A stretch of DNA of 64,000 nucleotides from an uncultured delta proteobacterium (GCA_963789265.1 CAWBKB010000001.1:640001-704000), one strand, 5' to 3'; numbered from the stretch's first letter, positions 1-10,586 are shown. Notes: generated by a model not told the origin, from the sequence alone. Translations and numbers: made by a program.

Positions 1-331
1 AAAAGCTTCAACTTTGGTCCCCTCCTTCTCCGGCAAAGGGAGAGAGAATACATTCCGCCCGGAGGGGCGGGATTGAGGGAGGACGACACCAAATCAATTT
101 CAACGCTTACAGCGCAGCCAAAGCTGATAGACCATCACTCCAAAAGTTGATGCCGGTCAAGGCCGTCGGGCCGATCGAAGGCCATTATTTGTCACGGCCC
201 GAAGGGATAACTATCCTCTTTTAGGGTAGTGTTCAGAACTATTAATAAATACCAGAGAGCAGGGCCTCTTGCAAGCCACATTGAAAAAAGGTAACAAGTG
301 AGTCTCACTCTGACGGAAGAAAGGGAAGGTT

Positions 332-1798
332 ATGGCCGATCGGGAGCGAGATCAGGCAATTGACGGCGAATCACAAGCAGAGACGGACGACCCGCAAAAT
401 GACTTTGCCTCTCTTTTCGAGGCAAGCCGGCACTCTCATGATATGCGCATCCAAAGGGACGCCAAGATAGAAGGGACGATTGTTTCTATCGGCGAGGAAT
501 GGGTCTTTGTGGATGTCGGCGGTAAGAGTGACGGGACGATAGCCCGTGACGAACTGCTCGACGATAAAGGACAGTTCCACGCCAAGATCGGGGACTCGGT
601 TACAGCCTATGTGGTTAGTACTCGAGGAGGGGAAATCCTTCTCAGCAGAAAAATGACCGCGGCCGCGTCGGATGACGCCATAAGGGGTGCTCACAGAAGC
701 GGCATACCGGTTGAAGGCCTTGTAACAGAGGAGCGCAAGGGTGGTTTCAGCGTTACGGTTTTGGGCAAGCAAGCGTTCTGTCCGTATTCGCAAATCGATC
801 TGAAGTCGACTGGAGTGCCTTCGGATTACATCGGCCAACGGCTCACTTTCAGGATCATCGAATTTTCTGATAGGGGCCGAAATCTGGTATTGTCCCGCCG
901 GGAAATTCTTGAAGAGGAGCGGCTCAAGACCGTGGCCCAACTCAAAGACACTCTCAGCCCCGGGGATGAGGTCCAGGGAACCGTGCAGAAACTGGCTAAA
1001 TTCGGCGCCTTCGTAGACATCGGCGGCGTGGAAGGGCTCATACCAATGTCTGAGCTCGCTTGGCACAGGGTGGGCGATGCGGCCGAGGTTCTCCATGAGG
1101 GCCAATCAGTGACCGTGAGGATACTTGCGCTGGATTGGGAGAAGAACAGGATTTCTCTGAGCCTGAAACAGACCCTTGAGGATCCCTGGAGTTCGGTTTC
1201 CCGGAGATACAGCGAGCAAACGGTCGTGAGCGGTACCGTGAGCAAGCTCATGAACTTTGGGGCCTTTGTTCAGTTGGAGCCGGGAGTGGAAGGGCTCATT
1301 CACATATCTAATCTAGGCATGGGGCGGAGGATCAATCATCCAAAGGAGGCAGTCTCCGAAGGGGATCAGGTCGAAGTAAAAGTGATCTCCGTCGATCCGG
1401 AAGCCAGGCGTATAGGTCTTGAACTTGTGCTCCAGAGTGCCGAGGGCGAAGGCTCCACCCCTCTCGTCCTCGAAGAGGGAGACGTAGTCACCGGCATAGT
1501 AGATACCGTGAAAGAATACGGCGTATTCGTCAGCCTGCCGGGCGGCAAAACCGGCTTGCTGCATATTTCCGAGGTCGATGACAAGAAGATAGGCGATCTG
1601 AAAAACAAATTTCCCGTAGGATCTTCTGTTAATGTCCAAATCCTTGGAGTTGATCCGGAGACCAAGAAGATCTCGTTGAGCACAAAGAGCCTCCGCGCGA
1701 CCGAGGAACGGGAGCAGTTTAAGGAATTCGCTGGGGGCAAAGGCGGTCGATCCCTGGGGACTCTGGGGGACCTTCTGAAGAACAAGATCAAGAGCTAG
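332..1798 (+). CDS. rpsA: 30S ribosomal protein S1 family protein (five S1 domains; possibly a second, shorter rpsA paralogue)
   Basis: 488-aa ORF with repeated S1 motifs (FGAFVDIGGVEGLIPMSEL, FGAFVQLEPGVEGLIHISNL, YGVFVSLPGGKTGLLHISE) and the typical C-terminal SLGTLGDLLK tail. Confidence 0.85.
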   Translation: MADRERDQAIDGESQAETDDPQNDFASLFEASRHSHDMRIQRDAKIEGTIVSIGEEWVFVDVGGKSDGTIARDELLDDKGQFHAKIGDSVTAYVVSTRGGEILLSRKMTAAASDDAIRGAHRSGIPVEGLVTEERKGGFSVTVLGKQAFCPYSQIDLKSTGVPSDYIGQRLTFRIIEFSDRGRNLVLSRREILEEERLKTVAQLKDTLSPGDEVQGTVQKLAKFGAFVDIGGVEGLIPMSELAWHRVGDAAEVLHEGQSVTVRILALDWEKNRISLSLKQTLEDPWSSVSRRYSEQTVVSGTVSKLMNFGAFVQLEPGVEGLIHISNLGMGRRINHPKEAVSEGDQVEVKVISVDPEARRIGLELVLQSAEGEGSTPLVLEEGDVVTGIVDTVKEYGVFVSLPGGKTGLLHISEVDDKKIGDLKNKFPVGSSVNVQILGVDPETKKISLSTKSLRATEEREQFKEFAGGKGGRSLGTLGDLLKNKIKS

Positions 1799-1814
1799 AG
1801 GAGGCTTCGCTTCG

Positions 1815-2804
1815 GGAATAATTAGTATAAAAGGGATTACCAAGAAATTTGGAGACCTGACCGCTCTGGGAAGCATAAACCTGGAGATCGAACCGGGCGA
1901 GCTTTTCGGTCTTCTCGGACCAAATGGCGCCGGTAAGACCACATTGATCTCCATACTTTCTACAATGCTTTCAGCCACATCCGGCGCGGCGACGGTCTGC
2001 GGGCATGATGTGCGCCGCGAACAAGACGCGGTCCGCCAGTGCATCGGCATAGTATTTCAGGACCCGAGTCTGGATGACGATTTGACGGGCGAAGAGAATC
2101 TAGATTTCCACGGCCGGCTTTATGGAATGGACTCTCGTACTCGTCGTTCCCGGATAAGCGAGGTCCTTAGCCTGGTGGATCTCGAAGACCGCAGTCGTGA
2201 CTTGATCAAGACCTATTCGGGCGGGATGCGACGTCGCCTGGAAATCGCGCGCGGCTTAATGCACAGGCCCAGAGTGCTTTTTCTCGACGAACCCACCCTT
2301 GGGTTGGACCCTCAGACCAGGAGGAAAATCTGGAACTACATCAGAAGTCTGAAGAACTCTTACGGCATGACCGTCATATTGACGACCCACTACATGGACG
2401 AGGCGGATCAGCTCTGCTCTCGAATTGCGGTTATAGATCGCGGCGCGATCGTCGCTTTGGATAGTCCGGAGGCGCTGAAAGCGAGTCTCGGCGGAGACGT
2501 GCTTGAATTGGATATTGTTGCACCACATCAATCATTTATAGATCAGATCGAGACTCTGGAAGAAGTGGATCACATTTCCGTACAGAACGGCAAAGTAGCT
2601 CTAACTGTTAGAAACGGGGAATCTTTCATCCCTCGTGTATTTGAAGCAGCTCAGGCCGCGGGAGTTGAGATATCATCCGTGTCGATGCGCAAGCCTAATC
2701 TGGAAGATATCTTTCTCAGCCTCACCGGCCGGGAAATTCGAGACGAACGGATCAGCGAGCCCAAGGAGCGCATGAGGATCTTTCTGGGGGCGCGAAGACG
2801 ATGA
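1815..2804 (+). CDS. ABC exporter ATP-binding subunit (DrrA-like)
   Basis: The frame is open upstream of the called TTG at 1944 and encodes IISIKGITKKFGDLTALGSINLEIEPGELFGLLGPNGAGKTT (Walker A). It also has the YSGGMRRR signature, LFLDEPT (Walker B) and the TTHYMDEA H-loop. The exact start codon is unresolved. Confidence 0.9.
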   Translation, partial: GIISIKGITKKFGDLTALGSINLEIEPGELFGLLGPNGAGKTTLISILSTMLSATSGAATVCGHDVRREQDAVRQCIGIVFQDPSLDDDLTGEENLDFHGRLYGMDSRTRRSRISEVLSLVDLEDRSRDLIKTYSGGMRRRLEIARGLMHRPRVLFLDEPTLGLDPQTRRKIWNYIRSLKNSYGMTVILTTHYMDEADQLCSRIAVIDRGAIVALDSPEALKASLGGDVLELDIVAPHQSFIDQIETLEEVDHISVQNGKVALTVRNGESFIPRVFEAAQAAGVEISSVSMRKPNLEDIFLSLTGREIRDERISEPKERMRIFLGARRR

Positions 2805-3556
2805 AGTTTGCCTCTACCATATACACTCTCTGGCTAAGGGAGCTAACGAAGTTTCAAAGGAACCGCAGCCGCCTTATCGGATCTATGGCGCAGCCCGCGC
2901 TATTTCTCGTAGTATTGGGGATGGGTTTCGGAGGGTATTTCCGTTATAGTACCAATATCTCATACATGCAGTTTATAGGACCGGGGGTGGTCGCAATGAC
3001 ACTGCTCTTTTCTTCCATGTTCGGAGGATTGAGCGTCCTGTGGGACAAGCAGTTCGGCTTCCTGAAAGAGATCTTGGTAGCCCCGGTAAGCCGAATCGGT
3101 ATCATGGCAGGAAAAACCCTTGGAACTGTTACAACTTCGATGGCACAAGCACTGGTCTTCGTTATCGCTATGCTTGCGTGCAATCTGATCAAAGTGGATG
3201 CAGCGGGATTTTTGCTCGCGCTATTGTTCATGTTCCTCATTTCAGCCTCATTCGTCAGTTTGGGCATAGCCTTCGCGGCGCGAATGAGTGATCCACACGG
3301 ATTCCAATTGGTTATGAACTTTCTCATCATGCCCGTGTTCTTTCTCTCGGGGGCGTTATTTCCGCTGGACAAGATACCTCGGTGGCTTAAGATACTCACT
3401 CAACTAAATCCGCTCACCTATGGAGTGGACGGGATGCGCTTCGCTCTAGGCGGGCCGCACCAGCTTTCTCCTCTTTCGAATCTCGCAGTTCTAAGCGGCT
3501 TCTGGTTCGTATCAACACTAGTCGGGGCGTTGCTGTTCCGAAAGATGCCTGCATAA
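2801..3556 (+). CDS. ABC-2 type exporter permease (DrrB-like)
   Basis: About six hydrophobic segments; GFLKEILVAPVSR and FFLSGALFPL..NPLTYGVDGMR ABC-2 motifs; ATGA overlap with the ATPase gene. Confidence 0.9.
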   Translation: MKFASTIYTLWLRELTKFQRNRSRLIGSMAQPALFLVVLGMGFGGYFRYSTNISYMQFIGPGVVAMTLLFSSMFGGLSVLWDKQFGFLKEILVAPVSRIGIMAGKTLGTVTTSMAQALVFVIAMLACNLIKVDAAGFLLALLFMFLISASFVSLGIAFAARMSDPHGFQLVMNFLIMPVFFLSGALFPLDKIPRWLKILTQLNPLTYGVDGMRFALGGPHQLSPLSNLAVLSGFWFVSTLVGALLFRKMPA

Positions 3557-3617
3557 GGAGACTGTAGCCGGTTTCCTCAGTTCAAACACCAGGCTGAGCG
3601 TGCAAAGGGAACCACTG

Positions 3618-4169
3618 ATGAAAATAGCTTTTGACATAGACGGCGTCGTCCTAAGATCCATCGAAGTGATACTGGAATACATCAACAGCACAACCAGACG
3701 ACACCTGGTCCCGGACGATCTATTTGGCTGGGAGCTGGAGCCCCTTGGATTGGATCTGGGGACGCTGCGGCAGGCGGTGGATTACATGTATTCTCAGCGG
3801 ACGATTGAACCGTACGACGGTGCAGTGAAGGTCCTTTCCCGGATCTACAGTACCACAGGAGAGCCTCTGTTATTCATCACGGGACGTGCAACTCCCCAAA
3901 CGGCTCAACGCCAGCTCGAGGCGCTTCCGTGGAATCCCACCGTGCCTGAAATGATCGTGACAGGAGGAAACAGGGATAAACGCGACTACCTGAGCCGGGA
4001 AAACGCCAACTTTATAGTGGAGGACGATGTGGAGTACGTAAAAGCCTATTTGGACGAAGGAATTGGAGTGGGGCTGATGCTTCAACCCTGGAATCGGCTC
4101 TCCAAACTGCCGGTTACGACGAAATTTCGGGGCTGGCAGGACTTGGAGCAGTGGTTCTTCACGCTTTAG
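3618..4169 (+). CDS. HAD-superfamily phosphatase (5'(3')-nucleotidase-like)
   Basis: KIAFDIDGV (HAD motif I), FITGR (motif II), FIVEDD (motif IV) and QPWN, as in NT5C-like proteins. Confidence 0.75.
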   Translation: MKIAFDIDGVVLRSIEVILEYINSTTRRHLVPDDLFGWELEPLGLDLGTLRQAVDYMYSQRTIEPYDGAVKVLSRIYSTTGEPLLFITGRATPQTAQRQLEALPWNPTVPEMIVTGGNRDKRDYLSRENANFIVEDDVEYVKAYLDEGIGVGLMLQPWNRLSKLPVTTKFRGWQDLEQWFFTL

Positions 4170-4176
4170 AGCTTGC

Positions 4177-4204
4177 TTGACATGAAACCTGCCGAACATA
4201 GAAT
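4177..4204 (+). promoter_or_regulatory. Putative sigma70 promoter of the PspA-like gene
   Basis: TTGACA (4177-4182), 16-nt spacer, TAGAAT (4199-4204); GGGAGGGAG RBS before the ATG at 4274. Confidence 0.55.
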
Positions 4205-4273
4205 AAAGATAAGTGATATCCTGATTATCGTTGATTTCTAATCGGTTGGAGTAACCATGAGGGAGGGAGCAAA

Positions 4274-5021
4274 ATGAGTTTCTTTGGAAACCTCTGGGCA
4301 ATGATCCGGGGCATCTTTATCGGGGCCGGAGACGACATGGTGTCTTCGAGTCCTGAAGCCATCAGGGCCACGTACGCAACCGCAATTGACGAGGCCAAGA
4401 GGCGTTACAAGGACATGGAAAAAGCTGTTGCGCTGCTTGCCCGAGAGAGAGAAAAGACGGAGATGATCCTCAAAGACCTCCAAAAGGAGGAACTGGAGAC
4501 TCAGAGGAAGCTGGACGGAGCTCTCGCGGCTGCTGAAGGTGAGCCTCAAAACCCGGCTCATCGTGAAGCGGGAGTCAGGTACATTGCCCGTATGAGAGAG
4601 ATCGATGAGAAAGAGACAAAGTTGACGGAAGACCTGGAAGTTCAGAAGAACAAAGTCGAAGAGTATAAGATGAAACTCCGCTCCTTCACCGATGAAATCG
4701 AGAACCTCAAAAAAGAACAAGGCGAAATGGTGGCTGAGCTAATCTCCAACCAGCAAGTACGACAGCTCGAAAACAGACTCCGCGGTCTCGGGAGAATCCG
4801 CGGTTGATGAATCCATAGTGGCTATCAGGGATAAGGTCGCGGGATTACGCCAACAAGCAAAGATTGCCGCGGAAATGCGAGGGGCCGGACTGGGCACCCA
4901 AGATGCAGCCTACGAGCGGATAGGCGCGGAACGCGAGGCAGCGTCGCGGTTTGACGAGCTGTTAAAAGCGCGGGCCGCAGCCAAAGTCGGGGTTCCGGAA
5001 AAAGAAAGAGATCTTGGTTGA
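4274..5021 (+). CDS. PspA/IM30 (ESCRT-III-like) family coiled-coil protein, ~248 aa; split by one extra G at ~4790-4792
   Basis: N-terminal amphipathic MSFFGNLWAMIRG, SPEAI motif and long coiled coil. Removing one G from CTCGGGAGAA joins ORF 4274..4807 to ORF 4818..5021 (LGESAVDESIVAIRDKV...). Confidence 0.7.
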
Positions 5022-5030
5022 AAGGGTTGG

Positions 5031-5241
5031 AGAAACTGTCTCAAAATTCTTGAACTGGACGCAATCGTAACACGAAATTCCCTCACCCTTACTCTCTCCC
5101 AAAGGGCGAGGGAACGCTAATAGAGACCTTGGATCAGCTCCCTCTCCCTCTGAGAGAGGGCTGGGGTGAGGGCACCGAAAATGCTGACAGGCTTAATCGT
5201 GGCACGATTCTGGACATCAAATTAGTTTTGAGACAGTTTGT
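5031..5241. mobile_element. MITE bounded by IS1182-type inverted repeats (copy 1)
   Basis: AGAAACTGTCTCAAAA (5031-5046) and TTTTGAGACAGTTTGT (5226-5241). The interior carries CCCTCACCC...GGGTGAGGG palindromes and is nearly identical to the first ~175 bp of 20330-20682. Confidence 0.85.
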
Positions 5242-5336
5242 GGATGCCGGCCCCGCCACCTAGTAGTTTCAGTTTCGGAGATTGCTCTTGGGAATTTTTG
5301 TAAGCTCCGACGCGGTCGCTCACACGAAGAGGGTTT

Positions 5337-7078
5337 ATGAACGAGGATCACCCACAACCTCCCGGATTCGCTAAACGCATAATCGAAAAATATGTTTCGG
5401 CTGAGTCTAATACATTTATCGTCTACGGAAATACTAAAGACATATACCCTGTATCAACAGACCATTACCTCCCGTTGGTCGATTTCTTAGTTCAAGCACT
5501 CATAAAACCTTACAAGGCAGGTTCTCCCAGGATAGTCGTTCTGTACGATCCGGCAGGCGGAATATCTTCTCAAATCCCCTGGATATGCGCCTCATCGGTA
5601 GCGAAATCGGGGAGGACCGCCTGGGAAGAATCTTGTCATCCGCGCGCGCTGACATCGTCACGGCATTGGCGGCGCTGCGCGAATTCACTCGCTTGAGCGT
5701 AATGGTCCCCCTTGAAGGAGACCCGGCGAAAAAGGTTCGCAAAGACTTTGCCGTGATCATACGCTACGGCGAAGCGGTGGCCCCTCCATCAAGAGGGGAG
5801 ATGATGTTGGATTCCGATAGACTCAAAGTGATAACACTGGAGAACTGGTTTACCGATAGTGCCTTTGTAGCATCCTCGGACATTGTCTTTGTCGTGAGCG
5901 AAACATTGCATGGAATTAGCGAACGAATTGTGGACCTGCCGTACTGCTCGGCCATCAAAATCGACAGGCCGGATGAAGATCAAAGAAGGAAGTACATCGA
6001 GTATCTGATAAAAGAAGATAAGATCCAAACGGCCGTCGAGCCCCGGCAAATAGCTTATAACTGCGCAGGGCTCTCGCTGCTTTCCATGAGACAAATCTTT
6101 CGACAGGGAGCGTACAAAGCTCAACCTCTCACGCCCGAACTTGTCTTCGAGAAGACCAAAGAAATCATCGAGAAGGAGTTGGAGGGGCATATCGAGTTCC
6201 CGGTTCTCAACTACGGCTTCGAAAGAATTATTGGCGCTTCAAAGCTGTTGAAGAAACTGAGTGAATTGAAAAGCTGCATCAGAGGCGACAATCCGGAAGT
6301 CATGCCCGTGGGGATATTGGTGGCCGGAGCCAATGGTGTGGGAAAGACTTTCATATACAAGGCCTTTGCAAAGGAGTGCGGCTGGGTAGCAGTGGTACTC
6401 AAGAATATTCGCGGGCCGTATGTCGGCCAGACCGAAAAGAACTGGGAGAGAATACGATCGGTGCTGGAAGCCATGGGAAACGTGATGGTCCTCTACGACG
6501 AGGCTGACACCGAAATCGGCGGCCGCAGCGCTCAAACTCACGAAGTGGATCGACGGCTGTTCGGAAACATTCTCAAAATGATGTCCGATCCCGGCAATCG
6601 TGGGAAGATTATCTGGATCATTATTACTGCGCGGCCTGATCGCTTAGAGCCGGATATAAAACGATCGGGCCGAGCCGGAGATCATCTCCCCGTGTTTGAC
6701 AATGAGGGCGAGGAGAGAGAGATTTTCATCAAGTATGTTCTGGCCCAAGCCGGCATAGCGCTGGAAAAGTTCTCCCCCGAACAATACGACGACTTTCTAC
6801 GGCTCACTTCCGAGTATTATCCCGCGGACTTCGACCAGCTTCTCACACAACTGAGACGCCGCAAGCTTGTGGAAGGAGACCTCATCCCCGAAATGGTCAT
6901 CGACGAAGTCAAAGACTTCATTCCTTCGGATGTCGCCCGCCAACGGGAGTATCAGGAGCTTCTAGCCGCACTGGAATGCACGTCCCGTGAATTGCTCCCC
7001 AGCCGGTATGCACGGCTGTCGCGTGAATCCATCGAAAAAAGGGTCCGTGAAATCCGGGCCGGCATGGGTGATGCATAA
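5337..7078 (+). CDS. AAA+ ATPase (degenerate N-terminal module plus classical AAA module), ~580 aa; one base missing at ~5566
   Basis: Walker A GANGVGKT, pore loop GPYVGQTEKN, Walker B VLYDEAD, second region of homology ARPDRLEPDIKRSGR. ORF 5337..5696 joins ORF 5585..7078 with one added base. The stop overlaps the tsaD start (TAATG). Confidence 0.85.
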
Positions 7079-8133
7079 TGCTGGTGCTGGGTATAGAAAC
7101 GTCTTGCGACGAGACCGCTGCCGCGGTGGTCGAATCGGGTACAAAGGTGCTTTCGGATGTGGTGGTTTCCCAGATTGACGTGCACAAAGAGTATGGAGGC
7201 GTGGTACCGGAGTTGGCTTCCAGGAAGCATATCGAAGCCATTTCCTTAGTAATAGAGCAAGCTTTTCATGATGCCCGGATCGAACCCAAAGATATTAACG
7301 GGATCGGAGTCACCCGCGGGCCCGGTCTGATTGGATCTTTGCTCGTAGGCATCAGTGCGGCAAAAGGCATGGCCCTTGCTCTGAGCTGTCCGCTTTGTGG
7401 AGTGAATCACCTCCACGGCCATTTATTTGCAGCGTTTCTCGAACGCAGTGATATAACTTTTCCGTTTGTGGGTCTGGTCGTTTCGGGGGGACACACAAGT
7501 CTTTACGATGTCCGGGGGCCGCTCGATATACGCCCGATCGGTAAAACTCGGGACGATGCTGCGGGCGAAGCCTTCGACAAGGTAGCCAAACTGCTGGGAC
7601 TTGGATATCCTGGGGGAAGAGTAATTGAAGAGCAGGCGCGAGGCGTTGAACCCGGCGCGATCCACTTTCCCAGAGCCCTTATGGAGAAGGACAACCTGGA
7701 TTTCTCGTTCTCCGGGCTCAAGACCGCGGTATTGCGTCAGTCCGAGAAAATGTTCGGCATTTCGCAAAGAAATGACATCCCGGGCAGCTTCCATCCGGTT
7801 GTAGCGCCGGAGGAAGTCGGTGAAACGAGCGCGGGAATTCGAGCTATAGCGGCCGCGTTTCAAGATGCAGTAACTGATGTGCTCGTAGCAAAGGCGTTCA
7901 ATGCCGCTCAGATGTACCGGGTGGATAAGCTCATTATTTGCGGAGGCGTCGCGGCCAACGGAGAGTTGAGAAAAAAGATGGGTCTCGAAGGAACACGCCG
8001 CGGTATAGAGCCGATCTTTCCGTCTCCGAGACTGTGTACTGATAACGCGGCCATGATCGCGGCCCGTGCTGATACGCTCCTTGGCGCAGGGATGGTGGAT
8101 GATTTGAACTTTGGCGCTATAAGCCGCTGGTGA
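7078..8133 (+). CDS. tsaD: tRNA N6-adenosine threonylcarbamoyltransferase TsaD
   Basis: LGIETSCDETAAA, GGVVPELASRKH, VNHLHGH, VSGGHT, TRDDAAGEAFDKVAK and CTDNAAMI motifs. Confidence 0.97.
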   Translation: MLVLGIETSCDETAAAVVESGTKVLSDVVVSQIDVHKEYGGVVPELASRKHIEAISLVIEQAFHDARIEPKDINGIGVTRGPGLIGSLLVGISAAKGMALALSCPLCGVNHLHGHLFAAFLERSDITFPFVGLVVSGGHTSLYDVRGPLDIRPIGKTRDDAAGEAFDKVAKLLGLGYPGGRVIEEQARGVEPGAIHFPRALMEKDNLDFSFSGLKTAVLRQSEKMFGISQRNDIPGSFHPVVAPEEVGETSAGIRAIAAAFQDAVTDVLVAKAFNAAQMYRVDKLIICGGVAANGELRKKMGLEGTRRGIEPIFPSPRLCTDNAAMIAARADTLLGAGMVDDLNFGAISRW

Positions 8134-8236
8134 AAAACCTGACGCTCCATTTGGAGGAGCAAAACATCACGGTTCATGAAAGATTCGGAGAGATTTCGTG
8201 TACGGAACGCTGCAAGACGCAGGGTTGGGCCAGGCT

Positions 8237-8390
8237 TATAGTCGTTGCCAAAAGTAATGACCTGTTCACCACCCGTCACCCCGGCGAAGGCCGGGGTCCA
8301 GAACATATTGAAAAGACTGGATTCCGGCCTCCGCCGGAATGACGGTGTCAGGCTACCTCTAATCGGACAAAACTTTTGGCAATGGGTATA
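8237..8390. mobile_element. MITE-like shell enclosing a GTCACCCCGGC/GCCGGAATGAC REP-like doublet
   Basis: TATAGTCGTTGCCAAAAGT (8237-8255) and ACTTTTGGCAATGGGTATA (8372-8390) form a 16/19 inverted repeat; the palindromic doublet lies at 8273-8344. Confidence 0.7.
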
Positions 8391-8497
8391 AACCAGTAGG
8401 ATGGGCGTCTCGCCCGTCGATTCTTTGTGTGTGGCAAGATGCCCACCAGGTTAATCAAGCGGCGGGCAATGCCCATCCCACTAAGATGCCGGCAGGA

Positions 8498-8756
8498 AGA
8501 AACTGTCTCAAAATCGAGGCATAAGAGGAATTTGTAGCACGATGCCCCCTTGCCCGGCAATCCCGCGTTTTCTCGTTCCCAGGCTTTGCCTGGGAATGCC
8601 TATCGCGAGGCTCTGCCTCGCCTATGAGGGTGAAATAAAATTAGTTTGCGGGCAGAGCCCGCGAGATATGGGTTCCCAGGCGGAGCTTGGGAACCAGAAC
8701 TCTGGCGGCTTTCATAGCAAGATCTCGACCTGGTCCGCACTTTTGAGACAGTTTCT
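8498..8756. mobile_element. MITE bounded by IS1182-type inverted repeats (copy 2, different interior)
   Basis: Perfect 16-bp inverted repeat AGAAACTGTCTCAAAA (8498-8513) / TTTTGAGACAGTTTCT (8741-8756). The interior is a CTCGTTCCCAGGC..GCCTGGGAA / GGGAACCAG palindromic repeat (8572-8698). Confidence 0.85.
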
Positions 8757-8819
8757 TTGGCACCGGGTTGCCTTTAGAGGACATCTGAGGATATCTACAA
8801 AATCTGTATGGAGAGAATC

Positions 8820-9342
8820 ATGAAAGAATTCAAGAAGAGGGTCCTGTACGACGGCCCAACCATTGCTCAAAGGGTCAAGGAGATCGCTAAGGAGATCTCG
8901 CTGAAGTACCCGGACGGCAATGTTGTCCTGATAGGTATCCTTAAGGGGTCTTTCATCTTCATGGCGGATTTGTGCCGCAACCTCGATGTGTCCTGCAAGG
9001 TCGATTTTGTGCGCATCTCATCTTACGGGGAGGAAACAGTCAGCAGCGGCAAGCTCGATATCATCATGGACATAGGAATACCCGTTCGAGAGAAGCACGT
9101 GATTCTCGTGGACGACATAGTTGATTCCGGGCTTACCCTCAGTGAGTACCGTCAGTCGTCTAGAACAGCAACATCCGCTTTCACTGGAGACCGCCGCGTT
9201 GATAGACAAGACCTGTAGGCGGGAAAGGCACGTGCAGCTTGATTATTGCGGCTTTTGCGTGGAAGACGGCTTCATTGTGGGATACGGACTTGATTGTAAC
9301 GAGCAGTACCGCAATCTCCCGGGGCTCTACATCCTGGAATAG
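8820..9342 (+). CDS. hpt: Hypoxanthine phosphoribosyltransferase; one extra base at ~9156
   Basis: IGILKGSFIFMADL, ISSYG and VILVDDIVDSGLTL (PRPP-binding) in one frame; FIVGYGLDCNEQYRNLP in the next frame. Confidence 0.93.
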
Positions 9343-9411
9343 TATTCGGATGATCGCCGGCGGCCGGGACATTTTCCTCAATCCCCTTTCGCCTGAGAGA
9401 GAAGTCTGGAA

Positions 9412-10416
9412 TTGCAGCCTTCCAACCCCCTTAAGAATGCTCTTATAGGCATAGCATGCGTGCTAATCGCCGGGACGGTAGGTTATCGGCTCATCGAGGG
9501 CTGGTCGTTTCTCGACGGTTTTTATATGACGGTCATTACTATTACCACCATCGGTTTCACGGAAGTTCATCGCCTCACCGTGGCGGGGAAGATTTTTACC
9601 CTGTTCATCATATTCACGGGAATAGGCGTTGTGGGCTATGCGATGTTCACGGGCAGCAAATTGGTAGTCGAAGGGGAACTCAACAAGATTTTCACGAGGC
9701 GGCGATCCATGAAGGCTATAGAAAAACTCAAAGATCACTACATCGTCTGCGGGTTCGGACGCATGGGCTCCTTTATCTGCGATCAACTCCACGCCAGGGG
9801 AATTCCTTTCGTAGTCGTGGAGGAAAAGGTCGAGATCCAGGACAAGATTGTGCGCGCGGGGTACTATTTGTCTCCTGGGGACGCCACAGAGGAAGATGTT
9901 CTGCTGGCTGCGAGCATCAAGACCGCAAAAGGATTGGTGTCGGTGCTGAAGTCGGACGCGGCCAATGTTTATGTGGTGCTCACTGCCCGTGAGCTGAACC
10001 ACGAACTTGAGATTATCGCCCGCTCCTCTGAGGAATCCGCTCGTAGCAGGTTGCTTCGAGCGGGCGCGACCCGCGTTATTAGCCCTCATCAAATTGGTGG
10101 AATGCGGATGGTCATGGGGATTGTTAAGCCGACTGTCATGGATTTTCTGCAAGTGGCTATGGACTATCAAGAGATGGACGTCGATCTCGCCGAAGTCCGA
10201 GTTGCAGCCAATTCTGTCTACAGCGGCAAGAAGCTTGTACATACCGACATACGCAAGGAACTGAATTTAATCATCATCGCAGTAAAAAAGAGAGATGGTA
10301 AGATGGTCTTCAATCCCGGACCACACACCGTCATCCACGATGACGACACTTTGATAGCTATGGGCAAGAGAAAAGATCTCGAAGTTTTTGAAAACAAAGC
10401 GGGGATCGGCTCGTAG
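9412..10416 (+). CDS. Potassium channel protein (2-TM pore plus RCK/TrkA-N and TrkA-C domains)
   Basis: TITTIGF selectivity-filter-like motif, HYIVCGFGRMG Rossmann motif, GDATEEDVL and a C-terminal TrkA-C region (FNPGPHTVI..DTLIAMG). Confidence 0.9.
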   Translation: MQPSNPLKNALIGIACVLIAGTVGYRLIEGWSFLDGFYMTVITITTIGFTEVHRLTVAGKIFTLFIIFTGIGVVGYAMFTGSKLVVEGELNKIFTRRRSMKAIEKLKDHYIVCGFGRMGSFICDQLHARGIPFVVVEEKVEIQDKIVRAGYYLSPGDATEEDVLLAASIKTAKGLVSVLKSDAANVYVVLTARELNHELEIIARSSEESARSRLLRAGATRVISPHQIGGMRMVMGIVKPTVMDFLQVAMDYQEMDVDLAEVRVAANSVYSGKKLVHTDIRKELNLIIIAVKKRDGKMVFNPGPHTVIHDDDTLIAMGKRKDLEVFENKAGIGS

Positions 10417-10586
10417 GGCGGGAGATGTCGCGCCCATCGCAACGCCGGTGACACCGTATGCAATTGGTTCATCATGTCCAGAGTTGTTAAGATTTCCGGG
10501 ATTACGCAGATGTCAGTCTTGACACGCCGGCTGTGTCAGTTGACTATGTAATTTGTAGTCGAAGAGGCCGGTTCAAAGGTGCAGTC

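Noticed and set aside
371..2050. Long antisense ORFs (371..1105, 1313..2050 and many others opposite real genes)
   Set aside because: They are shadow ORFs of well-supported genes in GC-rich coding DNA.
8130..8823. Short ORFs over repeats (8130..8342, 8348..8560, 8542..8823; likewise 20416..20803 and 62786..63238)
   Set aside because: They are translations of palindromic MITE or REP DNA with no protein motifs.
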